Virus record (IMG/VR): IMGVR_UViG_3300017751_000009
Strand: one strand, 5' to 3'
DNA: 64,000 nucleotides
Origin: an uncultured virus (IMG/VR IMGVR_UViG_3300017751_000009)
Lineage: Duplodnaviria > Heunggongvirae > Uroviricota > Caudoviricetes
This document shows positions 40,800 through 50,394 of the stretch, piece by piece. Both the position numbers and the translations under genes were made by a program. Under the pieces are notes generated by a model, which saw only the letters and a program-made list of their open reading frames with translations, did no database searches and was not told the origin of the DNA. Every line of letters begins with the position of its first letter. Positions within the stretch are counted from its first letter, which is position 1.

Positions 40800-40936
40800 A
40801 CGACAGAGAGCGTCTTACTAAGCAAGTAAAAGAATCAGACCCATGTCGAGATAATTCTGATAGGGGGTATTGGCGTAAAAGACTTCGTGATCTAGAACAA
40901 GGTAAAGTAAATGAAACTGACTCAAAATCTAATTGA
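40796..40936 (+). CDS. Small hypothetical protein (46 aa)
   Basis: MNDRERLTKQVKESDPCRDNSDRGYWRKRLRDLEQGKVNETDSKSN; ATGA overlap. Confidence 0.5.
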   Translation: MNDRERLTKQVKESDPCRDNSDRGYWRKRLRDLEQGKVNETDSKSN

Positions 40937-41129
40937 TGAAATAGCATGTGCCATGGACATGCGTAAAAAGAACGGTGATCCAGTATGGGATGATGGTGAT
41001 GAAATTGCGATTGAGATAGCTGGTACATTTGCTGCAGATAAATTTATTGTCATTAAAAACAAAACTAAATCTCCAGTAATTTCATCCTTACCTATGGATA
41101 GAGAACACAAACCACATCATTTGAAATGA
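40911..41129 (+). CDS. Hypothetical protein
   Basis: 72-aa ORF tiling up to gp47. Confidence 0.65.
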   Translation: MKLTQNLIDEIACAMDMRKKNGDPVWDDGDEIAIEIAGTFAADKFIVIKNKTKSPVISSLPMDREHKPHHLK

Positions 41130-42178
41130 AAATTGGAATCATAACTGATCAGCACTTTGGTGCTCGTAAGGGCAGTAAATTGTTTCATGATTATTTTTTA
41201 AAATTTTATGATGAAACCTTTTTTCCTACTCTTCTTGCTGAGGGTATCACAACTATTATCGATATGGGAGATACTTTCGACAATCGTCGGAGCATTGACT
41301 TCTGGTCTCTCAAATGGGCTAAAGAGAATTACTACGATCGTCTCCGTGATATGGGGATCACTGTATACACTGTTGTGGGTAATCATACTGCCTATTACAA
41401 AAATAATAACTCAATTAATACAATCGATTTATTATTACGAGAGTATGATAACATCATCCCTATCACTGATTATGCAGAGCACTTGATTGGTGGTACAAAA
41501 TTTGCATTTATCTCTTGGATTAATAAAGAGAATGAACAGCAAACTCTAAACCTTATTAATAAGAGCACTGCAAAAATTGCTGTTGGGCATTTAGAACTTA
41601 ACGGGTTTGCTGCTTATCGTGGGTTCATGCAAGACCGTGGATATGAAGCAGAGTATTTGAGGAAATTTGATCGTGTATTTACTGGACACTATCACACTCG
41701 TAGTAACGATGGTCAAGTCTTTTATTTGGGAAATCCTTATGAATTGTATTGGAACGATGTTAACGACCCTAGAGGCTTCCATCTCTTTGATACTGAGACA
41801 TACGATTTAGAACAGGTTGATAATCCCAATCATATGTTCTACAACATCTATTATGAAGATACTCCTCATCAGATGTTTAATGCTTCAGAATATGCCGGTA
41901 AAATCGTTAAAGTTATTGTTCGTAAAAAAACAAAACCAAAAGACTTTGAAAAGTTTATTGATAAACTGTATACTGTTGGTGTAGAAGAACTCAAAGTTAT
42001 TGAAAACTTTGATTATAATCAAGGATGGTTACATGGAGAAGATTTAGATATTAGTGAAGAAGAGAATACGATGTCTATTTTAAATAGATGTATTGAAGAT
42101 ACTGAAACAGATATTGATAAGTCTAGAATTAAAACCCTATTCGGTTCTTTATACTCAAAAGCTTGTGAAGTTGAATAA
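41126..42178 (+). CDS. gp47: Recombination endonuclease (SbcD/Mre11-like)
   Basis: Metallophosphoesterase motifs ITDQHFG, MGDTFD, VGNH, GHLE, FTGHYH. Confidence 0.96.
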   Translation: MKIGIITDQHFGARKGSKLFHDYFLKFYDETFFPTLLAEGITTIIDMGDTFDNRRSIDFWSLKWAKENYYDRLRDMGITVYTVVGNHTAYYKNNNSINTIDLLLREYDNIIPITDYAEHLIGGTKFAFISWINKENEQQTLNLINKSTAKIAVGHLELNGFAAYRGFMQDRGYEAEYLRKFDRVFTGHYHTRSNDGQVFYLGNPYELYWNDVNDPRGFHLFDTETYDLEQVDNPNHMFYNIYYEDTPHQMFNASEYAGKIVKVIVRKKTKPKDFEKFIDKLYTVGVEELKVIENFDYNQGWLHGEDLDISEEENTMSILNRCIEDTETDIDKSRIKTLFGSLYSKACEVE

Positions 42179-42447
42179 TGTTTTTATTGACTGAGAAAGA
42201 TAAAAAGGAAGAAGGGGCATATGCCGTAAAAGATCGTAGAGGAAACAAGGTCCTTTTTATCTTTGAGGAAGAAGACGATGCAGTTAGATATGCACAGCAA
42301 CTTGAAGAAGATCATGGAGTTGAAATGTCAACGATTGAGATTGAAGAAGACCTTGCAATAAAAGCCTGTGAGCTGTATAATTATAAGTATTCAGTGATTA
42401 CCTCCCAAGACATCGTAATTCCACCTTCACAAGATGATAACATTTGA
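42178..42447 (+). CDS. Conserved hypothetical protein
   Basis: EGAYAV...FEEEDDAVRY...DIVIPP; usual gene between gp47 and gp46. Confidence 0.75.
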   Translation: MFLLTEKDKKEEGAYAVKDRRGNKVLFIFEEEDDAVRYAQQLEEDHGVEMSTIEIEEDLAIKACELYNYKYSVITSQDIVIPPSQDDNI

Positions 42448-44164
42448 AAAAATTAGATGGAAGAATTTTTTATCTACTGGAGATCAGTGGACAGAAATTC
42501 AACTCAATAAGAGTTCCACTACATTGGTTATAGGTACAAACGGTGCTGGAAAATCTACAATGCTTGATGCATTATGTTTTGCACTATTCAATAAACCATA
42601 TCGTAAGATTAACAAACCACAACTAGTTAATAGTTCCAATGAAAAGGGATGCTTAGTTGAGGTTGAGTTTTCTGTAGGACCTAAAAAGTATATGGTTCGT
42701 AGGGGCATCAAACCAAATGTGTTTGATGTTCTTGTTGATGGTGAAATGAAAAATAAAGAAGCTGATGACAGAGCAAATCAAAAGATTGTAGAAGATCAGA
42801 TTCTTAAACTAAACTATAAATCTTTTACTCAGATTGTTATATTGGGTAGTAGTAACTTCGTGCCCTTCATGCAGTTGTCTCAGTCGCACCGTAGAGAGGT
42901 GATTGAGGACCTTCTTGACATTCGTATCTTCTCAGCTATGAACAACCTGCTGAAGGAGGATATTCGGCAGTCTAGAGAGGTTATTAAAAGTCTTACCCTA
43001 AAGAAGTCTAATATTAAAGATAAGATTTCAATGCAATCATCTTTCATTGAAGATCTAGAGACCAGGCACAAAGATAATATTGATAAGAACGAAACAAAGG
43101 TAGAGAGACTCATTCAGGATGCTTTGGAAGCAGACGAAAATAATAAAAAACTTTCGTTACAGGTAGAATCTCTGCAGAATGAGTTAGGTAATTATAACAA
43201 TGCAACTAAAAAACTTCGTGAGCTTGGTGGATTAAAAGGAAAGATATCTAATAAGGTAGCGACTATTACTAAAGAGCATAAGTTTTTCACAGAGAATACG
43301 GTATGCCCTACATGTACCCAATCTATCGAAGAAGATTTTAGAATAAATAAAATCAGTGACGCTCAATTTAAAGCAAAGGAACTCCAAGAAGGTTTCTTAA
43401 AACTGGAGGAGTCGATACGGATAGAAGAAGATAAAGAGCGTCACTTCAAAAAATTATCAACGGAGATTACTGAACTCACACATGACATTTCTCAGAATAA
43501 TGTTAGGATTTCTGGATTTCAACGCCAAGTCAGAGATTTACAATCGGAAATTCAAACTCTTACCAGTCAGCTACAAAACAGAAATTCTGAACATGAGAAG
43601 TTAGATGGGTTTAAGGACGATCTTCAAGTAGTATTTGGGAAACTTGCCGATAAAAACGAGGAAGTCAAATACAATGATTTTGCTTACTCTATGCTCAAAG
43701 ATGGCGGAGTAAAGACAAAGATAATCAAAAAGTATCTTCCCCTTATTAATAAGCAAGTTAACCGATATCTTCAGATGATGGACTTTTATGTCAACTTACA
43801 TCTTGACGAAGAATTTGGAGAGACGATTCAAAGCCCGGTCCATGATAAGTTCACTTATTCCTCGTTTTCTGAGGGGGAGAAAATGAGAATTGACTTGGCA
43901 CTTCTCTTTGCTTGGAGAGAAGTTGCCAGGTTTAAAAACTCTGCTAATACAAATCTCTTAATTCTAGATGAAGTATTTGATAGCTCTCTAGATACTGTAG
44001 GTACGGATGAGTTTACTAAGATTATTAGATTCGTTATTCAAGATGCAAATACCTTTGTGATTTCTCACAAAGCAGACATGCTGGACAAATTTAATAATGT
44101 GGTAGAATTCAGTAAGAAAGGTGGGTTCTCTTACATGAGTGAAAAAACATCCGTTGAAGGATAG
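42434..44164 (+). CDS. gp46: Recombination ATPase (SbcC/Rad50-like)
   Basis: GTNGAGKS, CPTC zinc hook, FSEGEKMRIDL, LILDEVFD. Confidence 0.97.
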   Translation: MITFEKIRWKNFLSTGDQWTEIQLNKSSTTLVIGTNGAGKSTMLDALCFALFNKPYRKINKPQLVNSSNEKGCLVEVEFSVGPKKYMVRRGIKPNVFDVLVDGEMKNKEADDRANQKIVEDQILKLNYKSFTQIVILGSSNFVPFMQLSQSHRREVIEDLLDIRIFSAMNNLLKEDIRQSREVIKSLTLKKSNIKDKISMQSSFIEDLETRHKDNIDKNETKVERLIQDALEADENNKKLSLQVESLQNELGNYNNATKKLRELGGLKGKISNKVATITKEHKFFTENTVCPTCTQSIEEDFRINKISDAQFKAKELQEGFLKLEESIRIEEDKERHFKKLSTEITELTHDISQNNVRISGFQRQVRDLQSEIQTLTSQLQNRNSEHEKLDGFKDDLQVVFGKLADKNEEVKYNDFAYSMLKDGGVKTKIIKKYLPLINKQVNRYLQMMDFYVNLHLDEEFGETIQSPVHDKFTYSSFSEGEKMRIDLALLFAWREVARFKNSANTNLLILDEVFDSSLDTVGTDEFTKIIRFVIQDANTFVISHKADMLDKFNNVVEFSKKGGFSYMSEKTSVEG

Positions 44165-44167
44165 ATT

Positions 44168-44701
44168 ATGTACATTGTAAAAAATCTTTTATCTAAAGGT
44201 GATGTCGAACAAGTATATGGGCACTTGATGGGAGAAGCGACTTGGAAAATTGGTGGCGCTTATGGCGGTATTGATGATCCACTTACGCATTATCCAAGAA
44301 CAGTGGCTATGGATGCTAATGGTATGCACAGTCCTTTCTTATCTGGATACTTTATTTGTTTGATGAGTGTTCTTCGTGATAGAATACAAGAAGAGTATGG
44401 GTTTACTTTACCAGTTGGATCACTAGGTGCGATTGGATTCAACGCACAAAGAAAAGGAAATATTTCTGTCTTCCATACAGACGGTGATGCTAAAGGTAAA
44501 TACATTTGGAGCGTTGTTGGATTTCTTACTCCTCAATGGGACCCCTCATGGGGAGGTGAACTACAAATAGAGGATCGTACTTATACTTTTGAGCCTGGAG
44601 ATTTTGTTGTCTTTAGATCAAACGAACTTCATGATGCTCTTCCTATCAAAGTAGATACTCCTTTCTGGAGAGTTAGTGTTGCTTGTATGATGGGTAGGTA
44701 G
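44168..44701 (+). CDS. 2OG-Fe(II) oxygenase
   Basis: HTD...WDPSWGGEL...H...R-VS pattern. Confidence 0.85.
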   Translation: MYIVKNLLSKGDVEQVYGHLMGEATWKIGGAYGGIDDPLTHYPRTVAMDANGMHSPFLSGYFICLMSVLRDRIQEEYGFTLPVGSLGAIGFNAQRKGNISVFHTDGDAKGKYIWSVVGFLTPQWDPSWGGELQIEDRTYTFEPGDFVVFRSNELHDALPIKVDTPFWRVSVACMMGR

Positions 44702-44724
44702 ACGCATTACAAACTGTCCACTAA

Positions 44725-44756
44725 AGACCTCTGACTACTGTCAGGGGTTTTATAAT
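44725..44756 (+). promoter_or_regulatory. Hairpin followed by TATAAT (promoter region)
   Basis: CCTCTGAC-TACT-GTCAGGGG inverted repeat, TATAAT at 44751-44756, and GAGG SD before 44779. Confidence 0.55.
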
Positions 44757-44778
44757 AGGTACATACGAGAGAGGTAGC

Positions 44779-46893
44779 ATGTTCCACGAGATCAAAGGCA
44801 AACTGGCACGATTGCTCGCTACTGAGAATCTAATTGTTGAGCATCGTGCTGTTGAGACTGCTCAGTTTGATGTAGTTCGTCGTGTACTAACTCTACCTAA
44901 TTGGAAGATATCTTCGGTTGATGTATATGATCTCTTGGTATCTCATGAGGTTGGTCATGCTCTATTCACAGACCCTAGGAATTGGTCTGTAGAATTAGAA
45001 TGGAGTGATGTACCTCAAACTTTTGTGAACATTACTGAAGATGCTCGCATTGAAAAGTTGATGAAGCGTAGGTATGCTGGTCTTTGTAAGACATTTTATC
45101 GTGGATATTCTGACCTTAATGATAGTGACTTCTTCGATATTGAAGGTGAGGATTTAGATAAGTTTTCTTTTGCTGATAGGATAAATTTGCATTTTAAACT
45201 GGGCACTCATGTCAATATTGAATTCTCTGAGAAAGAGATGGTAGTTGTTGATGCCGTTGAAAATGCTGAGACTTTTGATGACGCTTTGATGGCAGCAAAG
45301 CTTTTAAATGATTTTGTGAATGACGAACCTTCCACTCCAGAAATCCAACCACAAGTGGGAAATACTACTAGTGAAGTTGAGCAAGAAGGTATGACGCATG
45401 AAGAGATGCTGGAAGAAGCAGCGAAAAGGGAGGAAGAGAATAGAGAGACCGAGCAAGTTACCGAGCAAGTACCGAGCGAGTCTGATGAAACTGGAAGTGA
45501 AGATGATGAGACCGTTGATGAACAAGAGTCTAAAACTGCTGAGGCATTTGAGAATCATCTAAAGAATCTTGCTGATATGGAAGTTCATGAAAATAATTAT
45601 GTGACAATTCCTAAGATCGATTTGAATCATACTGTTATTTCTGCTAAAGAAATTCACGAATATGCTGAGGAAGAATGGCAAAGGTGGTTTGAGGAGCGTA
45701 AAGAATATCACTCATACTATACTGATATGCTAGCTCGTCAAGATGATGAATTTAAAAAATTTAAGAAAGATTCAAACAAAGAAGTTAATTATTTGATTAA
45801 AGAATTTGAATGTAAGAAGTCTGCAGATTCTTATGCTCGTGCAACAACTAGTCGTACTGGAGTTTTGGATTGCTCTAAGCTGCATACCTACAAATATAAT
45901 GAAGATCTTTTTAAAAAAGTTACTACTACTCCAGATGGTAAGAACCATGGATTAATTTTTGTTTTGGATTGGTCTGGATCTATGGCAAATTCTCTCATCC
46001 CAACTATTAAACAACTCTATAATTTGATCTGGTTCTGTCGTAAGGTAGGTATTCCTTATGATGTATATGCATTTACTTCTGAATGGAATTATAAAGCGGG
46101 TCGTTTCTCTAATATTGAAAAGAAAGAAGGTACGATATCTGTTAGTGATGAGTTTTCCATGCTCAATCTTTTGACTAGTAATGTAAATAATGCTAGTGCT
46201 AATCGTCAAATGATGAATATTTGGAGACTTGCTAGCTCCTTTACAGATCATTCTGGGCTTTGTCCTGCTCGTCTATACTTATCAGGTACTCCTTTAAATG
46301 AAGCTATCATAACTCTTCATTATATTATTCCTGACTTTAAAAAAAGGAATGGAGTGCAGAAAATAAATTGTGTTATTCTTACCGATGGTGAAGCACAAGT
46401 TCCCTCTCGGACTGTCATGATGAAGCGTAGTTGGGAATGTGATTATAGTGTTCGTAATCGTAGGATTGGTGACAGTACTATTCTTAGAAATCTTAAAACT
46501 GGAACGGTTCGTCCTCTCTCTTGGATCTACTCTCAGTTTACTAAGTGTATGTTGACTGACTTAAAAGAAACTTTCCCTAATACAAACTTTATTGGATTTC
46601 GTATTTTGGAACACGGAGGGTCTTACTCGGCAATGATCCGTCAATACATTGATAGATGGGAAGATCAAGAGAAAGCAATCCGTAGTTGGAGGAAAGAAAA
46701 AACCTTTACTATTAAAAATGCTGGATATGATTCCTACTTTGTTGTGGGTAATTCATCTCTTTCTAATAGTACTGAGTTTGCTGTTAACACTGGAGCATCA
46801 AAGGCAACTATAAAAAATGCTTTTAAAAGATCCTTGTCTAGTAAAAAAATGAACAAGAGAATTTTAAATGAATTTATTTCTTTGGTAGCATGA
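44779..46893 (+). CDS. Zincin peptidase-like plus VWA domain protein (CobT-like partner of CobS)
   Basis: HEVGH...EDARIE in the N-terminus; MIDAS LDWSGSM, SGTPL and LTDG in the C-terminus; acidic linker. Confidence 0.85.
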   Translation: MFHEIKGKLARLLATENLIVEHRAVETAQFDVVRRVLTLPNWKISSVDVYDLLVSHEVGHALFTDPRNWSVELEWSDVPQTFVNITEDARIEKLMKRRYAGLCKTFYRGYSDLNDSDFFDIEGEDLDKFSFADRINLHFKLGTHVNIEFSEKEMVVVDAVENAETFDDALMAAKLLNDFVNDEPSTPEIQPQVGNTTSEVEQEGMTHEEMLEEAAKREEENRETEQVTEQVPSESDETGSEDDETVDEQESKTAEAFENHLKNLADMEVHENNYVTIPKIDLNHTVISAKEIHEYAEEEWQRWFEERKEYHSYYTDMLARQDDEFKKFKKDSNKEVNYLIKEFECKKSADSYARATTSRTGVLDCSKLHTYKYNEDLFKKVTTTPDGKNHGLIFVLDWSGSMANSLIPTIKQLYNLIWFCRKVGIPYDVYAFTSEWNYKAGRFSNIEKKEGTISVSDEFSMLNLLTSNVNNASANRQMMNIWRLASSFTDHSGLCPARLYLSGTPLNEAIITLHYIIPDFKKRNGVQKINCVILTDGEAQVPSRTVMMKRSWECDYSVRNRRIGDSTILRNLKTGTVRPLSWIYSQFTKCMLTDLKETFPNTNFIGFRILEHGGSYSAMIRQYIDRWEDQEKAIRSWRKEKTFTIKNAGYDSYFVVGNSSLSNSTEFAVNTGASKATIKNAFKRSLSSKKMNKRILNEFISLVA

Positions 46894-47042
46894 AAGACAT
46901 TCAGGAATGGAAAAAGAGAGCTCTGGCAGATCCATCTCTCAAAGAAAGACAAGTGCAAATATTAATACATGGTCCTAAGTCTCTTACCGATGCTTGGTTT
47001 CTTCAAGCAATGAAGTACAAGTATGGACGATTTGATGACTGA
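46890..47042 (+). CDS. Small hypothetical protein (50 aa)
   Basis: MKDIQEWKKRALADPSLKERQVQILIHGPKSLTDAWFLQAMKYKYGRFDD; ATGA overlap. Confidence 0.6.
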   Translation: MKDIQEWKKRALADPSLKERQVQILIHGPKSLTDAWFLQAMKYKYGRFDD

Positions 47043-47044
47043 CC

Positions 47045-47081
47045 ACTCTGCCCCTGACTCTGCCCCACTCTGCCCTATAAT
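47045..47081 (+). promoter_or_regulatory. Three ACTCTGCCC direct repeats abutting TATAAT
   Basis: Repeats at 47045, 47057 and 47067; TATAAT at 47076-47081. Confidence 0.65.
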
Positions 47082-47103
47082 AACTACATCAACGAAAGAC
47101 ACC

Positions 47104-48174
47104 ATGGCGCTATCTTCTGATTACATCCGCACTTCTCTCCAAGCACTTTATGGTGATAATGTAACTGGTTCTGATATTCGTGCATGGTGTGCTTTGAATG
47201 AAACTAACTATCAAACAGTTACTAAGAGATTGGATCAGTTTAAAGTTTCTCGTGGAAAATGGGACTTGACTATTCAAGAAAAGCTTGAAGAAAATTACAC
47301 TGCACCATCAGCCATTCCTTCTTTGGAAATTCAAAATCTTATTCCCCCCAAAGATCCTCAATATGTTCCCTTTGGTAACTTTTCCGATGTGAAAAAAATT
47401 ATCAAATCAGGTGAATTCTATCCTTGCTTTATCACAGGACTCTCTGGTAATGGTAAGACACTCTCTGTCGAACAAGCATGTGCTTCTCTAAATAGAGAAC
47501 TCATTCGTGTTAACATCACAATTGAGACTGACGAAGATGATCTTATTGGTGGGTTTCGTCTTGTTAATGGCGAAACTGTCTGGCATAATGGACCCGTCGT
47601 GGAGGCTCTTTCACGGGGAGCTGTGTTGCTTCTAGATGAAGTTGATCTTGCATCTAACAAAATCCTCTGTCTCCAATCCATCCTTGAAGGCAAGGGTGTG
47701 TTTTTGAAGAAGATTGGTAAGTATGTTCAACCCGTAAAAGGATTCAATGTAATAGCTACTGCCAATACTAAAGGTAAGGGATCTGAAGATGGTCGTTTTA
47801 TTGGTACTAATGTATTGAATGAAGCATTTCTTGAGAGGTTCCCTGTAACCTTTGAGCAGTCTTATCCCCCATCCACAGTAGAGCAGAAGATTCTTACAGC
47901 ACTCTGTAGTGATAAGGACTTCTGTAAGCGTCTCTGTGACTGGGCAGACATTATCCGTAAGACCTTCTACGATGGTGGTATTGAGGAGGTTATTTCTACC
48001 CGCCGTTTGGTTCACATTGCTCGTGCTTATTCCATTTGGAACGATAAGCAGAAAGCTATTGAAGTTTGTGTGAATCGTTTTGATGATGAGACAAAACAGG
48101 CGTTCCTAGAACTCTATGACAAAGTTGACGCTGATGTAGATTTTACTCTTAATGCTGAAGAAAATGATTCTTAA
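47104..48174 (+). CDS. cobS: CobS-like MoxR AAA+ ATPase
   Basis: GLSGNGKT, ETDEDDLIGG, LLLDEVD, NVLNEAFLERF, ISTRRL; start revised to ATG 47104, downstream of the promoter. Confidence 0.9.
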   Translation: MALSSDYIRTSLQALYGDNVTGSDIRAWCALNETNYQTVTKRLDQFKVSRGKWDLTIQEKLEENYTAPSAIPSLEIQNLIPPKDPQYVPFGNFSDVKKIIKSGEFYPCFITGLSGNGKTLSVEQACASLNRELIRVNITIETDEDDLIGGFRLVNGETVWHNGPVVEALSRGAVLLLDEVDLASNKILCLQSILEGKGVFLKKIGKYVQPVKGFNVIATANTKGKGSEDGRFIGTNVLNEAFLERFPVTFEQSYPPSTVEQKILTALCSDKDFCKRLCDWADIIRKTFYDGGIEEVISTRRLVHIARAYSIWNDKQKAIEVCVNRFDDETKQAFLELYDKVDADVDFTLNAEENDS

Positions 48175-48751
48175 CTTTTTTGGTCCTCCGATTTATCACA
48201 CTGCTATGTCGGAGGAACATCTTTCAATGCTCAAAGATATTGCTAGCAAATCTACAGATAGTGAATCTGTCGGTTATGATCTTGCTGGCAATATCCAAAT
48301 TCAAAATGAGGCAATTGTAGACGACAAACCTGCGTTCAACCGTTTTGTTGAATACCACATCATAGAATTCTGTACTCTGGTTCGGCATGGTGGTGGCAAT
48401 TTCACTTATAATCTAGGTAATGGTCCTTGGATTAATTACATGAAACAGCATGAGTTTAATCCTTTACACATTCATGATGGTAATCTGAGTGTGGTAGCAT
48501 TCATTGATGTTCCTGAGGAGATCGATAAAGAGCGGGAACAGTGGGTTGATAAAACTAATACATTTGCTGCTGGCATGCTTGAGTTTATCCATAGTAAATC
48601 ATCTTTCAGCCCTGGATATGCCAAAGTAACACCAAAAACAGGAGACCTATACATGTTTCCTGGTGACCTTCCTCACTGCGTCTATCCATTCAAAAGTGAT
48701 GTGACTAGAATCTCAATGAGTTTTAATATACGCGACTTGCAATTTACCTAA
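48152..48751 (+). CDS. Putative 2OG-Fe(II) oxygenase
   Basis: WINY...NPLHIH...LSVV...FPGDLPHCVYPF...RISMSFN; the start could be 48164. Confidence 0.85.
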   Translation: MLKKMILNFFGPPIYHTAMSEEHLSMLKDIASKSTDSESVGYDLAGNIQIQNEAIVDDKPAFNRFVEYHIIEFCTLVRHGGGNFTYNLGNGPWINYMKQHEFNPLHIHDGNLSVVAFIDVPEEIDKEREQWVDKTNTFAAGMLEFIHSKSSFSPGYAKVTPKTGDLYMFPGDLPHCVYPFKSDVTRISMSFNIRDLQFT

Positions 48752-48763
48752 GGAGGTGCTACA

Positions 48764-49234
48764 ATGAGTTCATGGTCTTTTCTATATGATGAAATGTACG
48801 GTCCAGATGACGAGCTTGAATGGGTAAAACAAAATGGTGGATTTGAATACACTCCAGAAAACAATGATTATGAATTGACTGCAGATGGGTTTACTTGGCC
48901 TAAGCAAAACGATGAGGTTGAAAAACCTAAACAGTATAAGAATGTTTATAAGTATGACGAAGACAAAATTCTTGAAGAGGTAAAAGAATACATCAGTGGC
49001 ACATATCGTGCTCACTACAATGCTTCCAACGGCATTCAGACACTTGATCTGATTGAATCCTGTGGAGACGGTGCTGCGTTCTGTCGTGGCAACATTCTTA
49101 AGTATGCATCCCGTTATAACAAGAAGGGATCTGCTAGAATGGACATCAAGAAGATCATCCATTATGCTGTTCTTCTCTATCACTTTTATGGCTTAGACCA
49201 GGAGACTATCGAGCGTGGATATGAAACTTTCTGA
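48764..49234 (+). CDS. DUF3310-like protein
   Basis: HY...QTLDLI...FCRGNILKYASRY.KKG...DIKK; AGGAGG SD. Confidence 0.8.
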   Translation: MSSWSFLYDEMYGPDDELEWVKQNGGFEYTPENNDYELTADGFTWPKQNDEVEKPKQYKNVYKYDEDKILEEVKEYISGTYRAHYNASNGIQTLDLIESCGDGAAFCRGNILKYASRYNKKGSARMDIKKIIHYAVLLYHFYGLDQETIERGYETF

Positions 49235-49892
49235 TAAAACTATTGATTTGCTTGAAAACTTTTCTTCTATCAACCAGTCTATTCTGGTAAAGAAGGGATC
49301 TAAGCTCCGTACTATTTCTGTAATGAAGAACATTCTTGCAGAAGCAGAAGTTGACGAAAACTTTGAGAAGGACTTTGGTATCTATGATCTACCTCAGTTT
49401 TTGAACGGTGTGGGTCTTATGAATGATCCTGACATTGATCTCAAGCATGACTCTTATATGATCATCCGTGAGGGTAAGAGCACTAAGGTTAAGTTTGCTT
49501 TTGCCGATCCTGATGTCATTATCACTCCCCCTGAAAAAGAAATCTCTCTTCCTAGCATTGATGTTCGTTTTCAATTAGAATCGTCACAACTTGCTAAGCT
49601 TCTGAAAGCATCTTCTGTTTATCAACTACCTGACTTAGCTGCTGTCGGTGATGGTAAAAATATTACTCTTACCGTCCGTGATAAGAAGAACGATAATTCT
49701 AATGAGTATGCTTTGATTGTTGGTCAGACTGACAAGACCTTTGAGTTTAACTTTAAGATTGAAAACATCAAGTTGATTCCTGGATCTTACGATGTCGTAA
49801 TTTCAAAGAAACTTCTTTCTAAGTTTACTAATTCAAATTATAACCTTGATTACTTCATCGCACTTGAACCAGATTCAACATACGAAGGTTGA
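49221..49892 (+). CDS. gp45: Sliding clamp
   Basis: MKLSDKT...NFSSINQS, FGIYDL..FL, YFIALE. Confidence 0.95.
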   Translation: MKLSDKTIDLLENFSSINQSILVKKGSKLRTISVMKNILAEAEVDENFEKDFGIYDLPQFLNGVGLMNDPDIDLKHDSYMIIREGKSTKVKFAFADPDVIITPPEKEISLPSIDVRFQLESSQLAKLLKASSVYQLPDLAAVGDGKNITLTVRDKKNDNSNEYALIVGQTDKTFEFNFKIENIKLIPGSYDVVISKKLLSKFTNSNYNLDYFIALEPDSTYEG

Positions 49893-50394
49893 TCTGTTTA
49901 AGATTTCTGTAACTCAATATTTTATTAGAGAATGGGAACAGGTTAAGGAGAGCATTCTCCTTTCCATCCCTTCTTCAAATGATGCAGAAAAGCATATTGG
50001 ATTTACAGATTATTTTGAAGAGACTGATGCTAAGTACAAGGAAAATATTTTTAAAATATTAGAACCATACCTACAAGAATTCTGTAAGATATCATTTTAT
50101 AAATTTACTGGCATCTCTAATATGTGGTGTCAGAGGTATAACGCAAGAGATTATCATGTCCCCCATGATCATGGGGCTCTAGGGTACTCTTGTGTTTTTT
50201 ATGCTAAAATGTCTGAGGATCACTCAGGCACTCTTTTCTTTTCTCCGTTCAATGACGAGACTGGAACTCATGCATGTAATTCCATTGCATGCAAAGAAGG
50301 TGATTTAATAATCTTCCCTTCTAACCTGATGCACATGGCTCCTCCACATGATAGTATAGAAGAAAGGGTCATTATCTCGTTTAATTTGGTATGA
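49846..50394 (+). CDS. Putative 2OG-Fe(II) oxygenase (start uncertain)
   Basis: MWCQRY...HVPHDH...SCVFY...EGDLIIFPSNLMH...RVIISFN. Confidence 0.8.
   Translation: MITSSHLNQIQHTKVDLFKISVTQYFIREWEQVKESILLSIPSSNDAEKHIGFTDYFEETDAKYKENIFKILEPYLQEFCKISFYKFTGISNMWCQRYNARDYHVPHDHGALGYSCVFYAKMSEDHSGTLFFSPFNDETGTHACNSIACKEGDLIIFPSNLMHMAPPHDSIEERVIISFNLV

Noticed and set aside
47023..47103. N-terminal extension of CobS in the track (likewise 58208-58258, 55907-55918, 38294-38320)
   Set aside because: These extensions run through promoter or terminator elements or upstream genes; downstream ATGs fit better.
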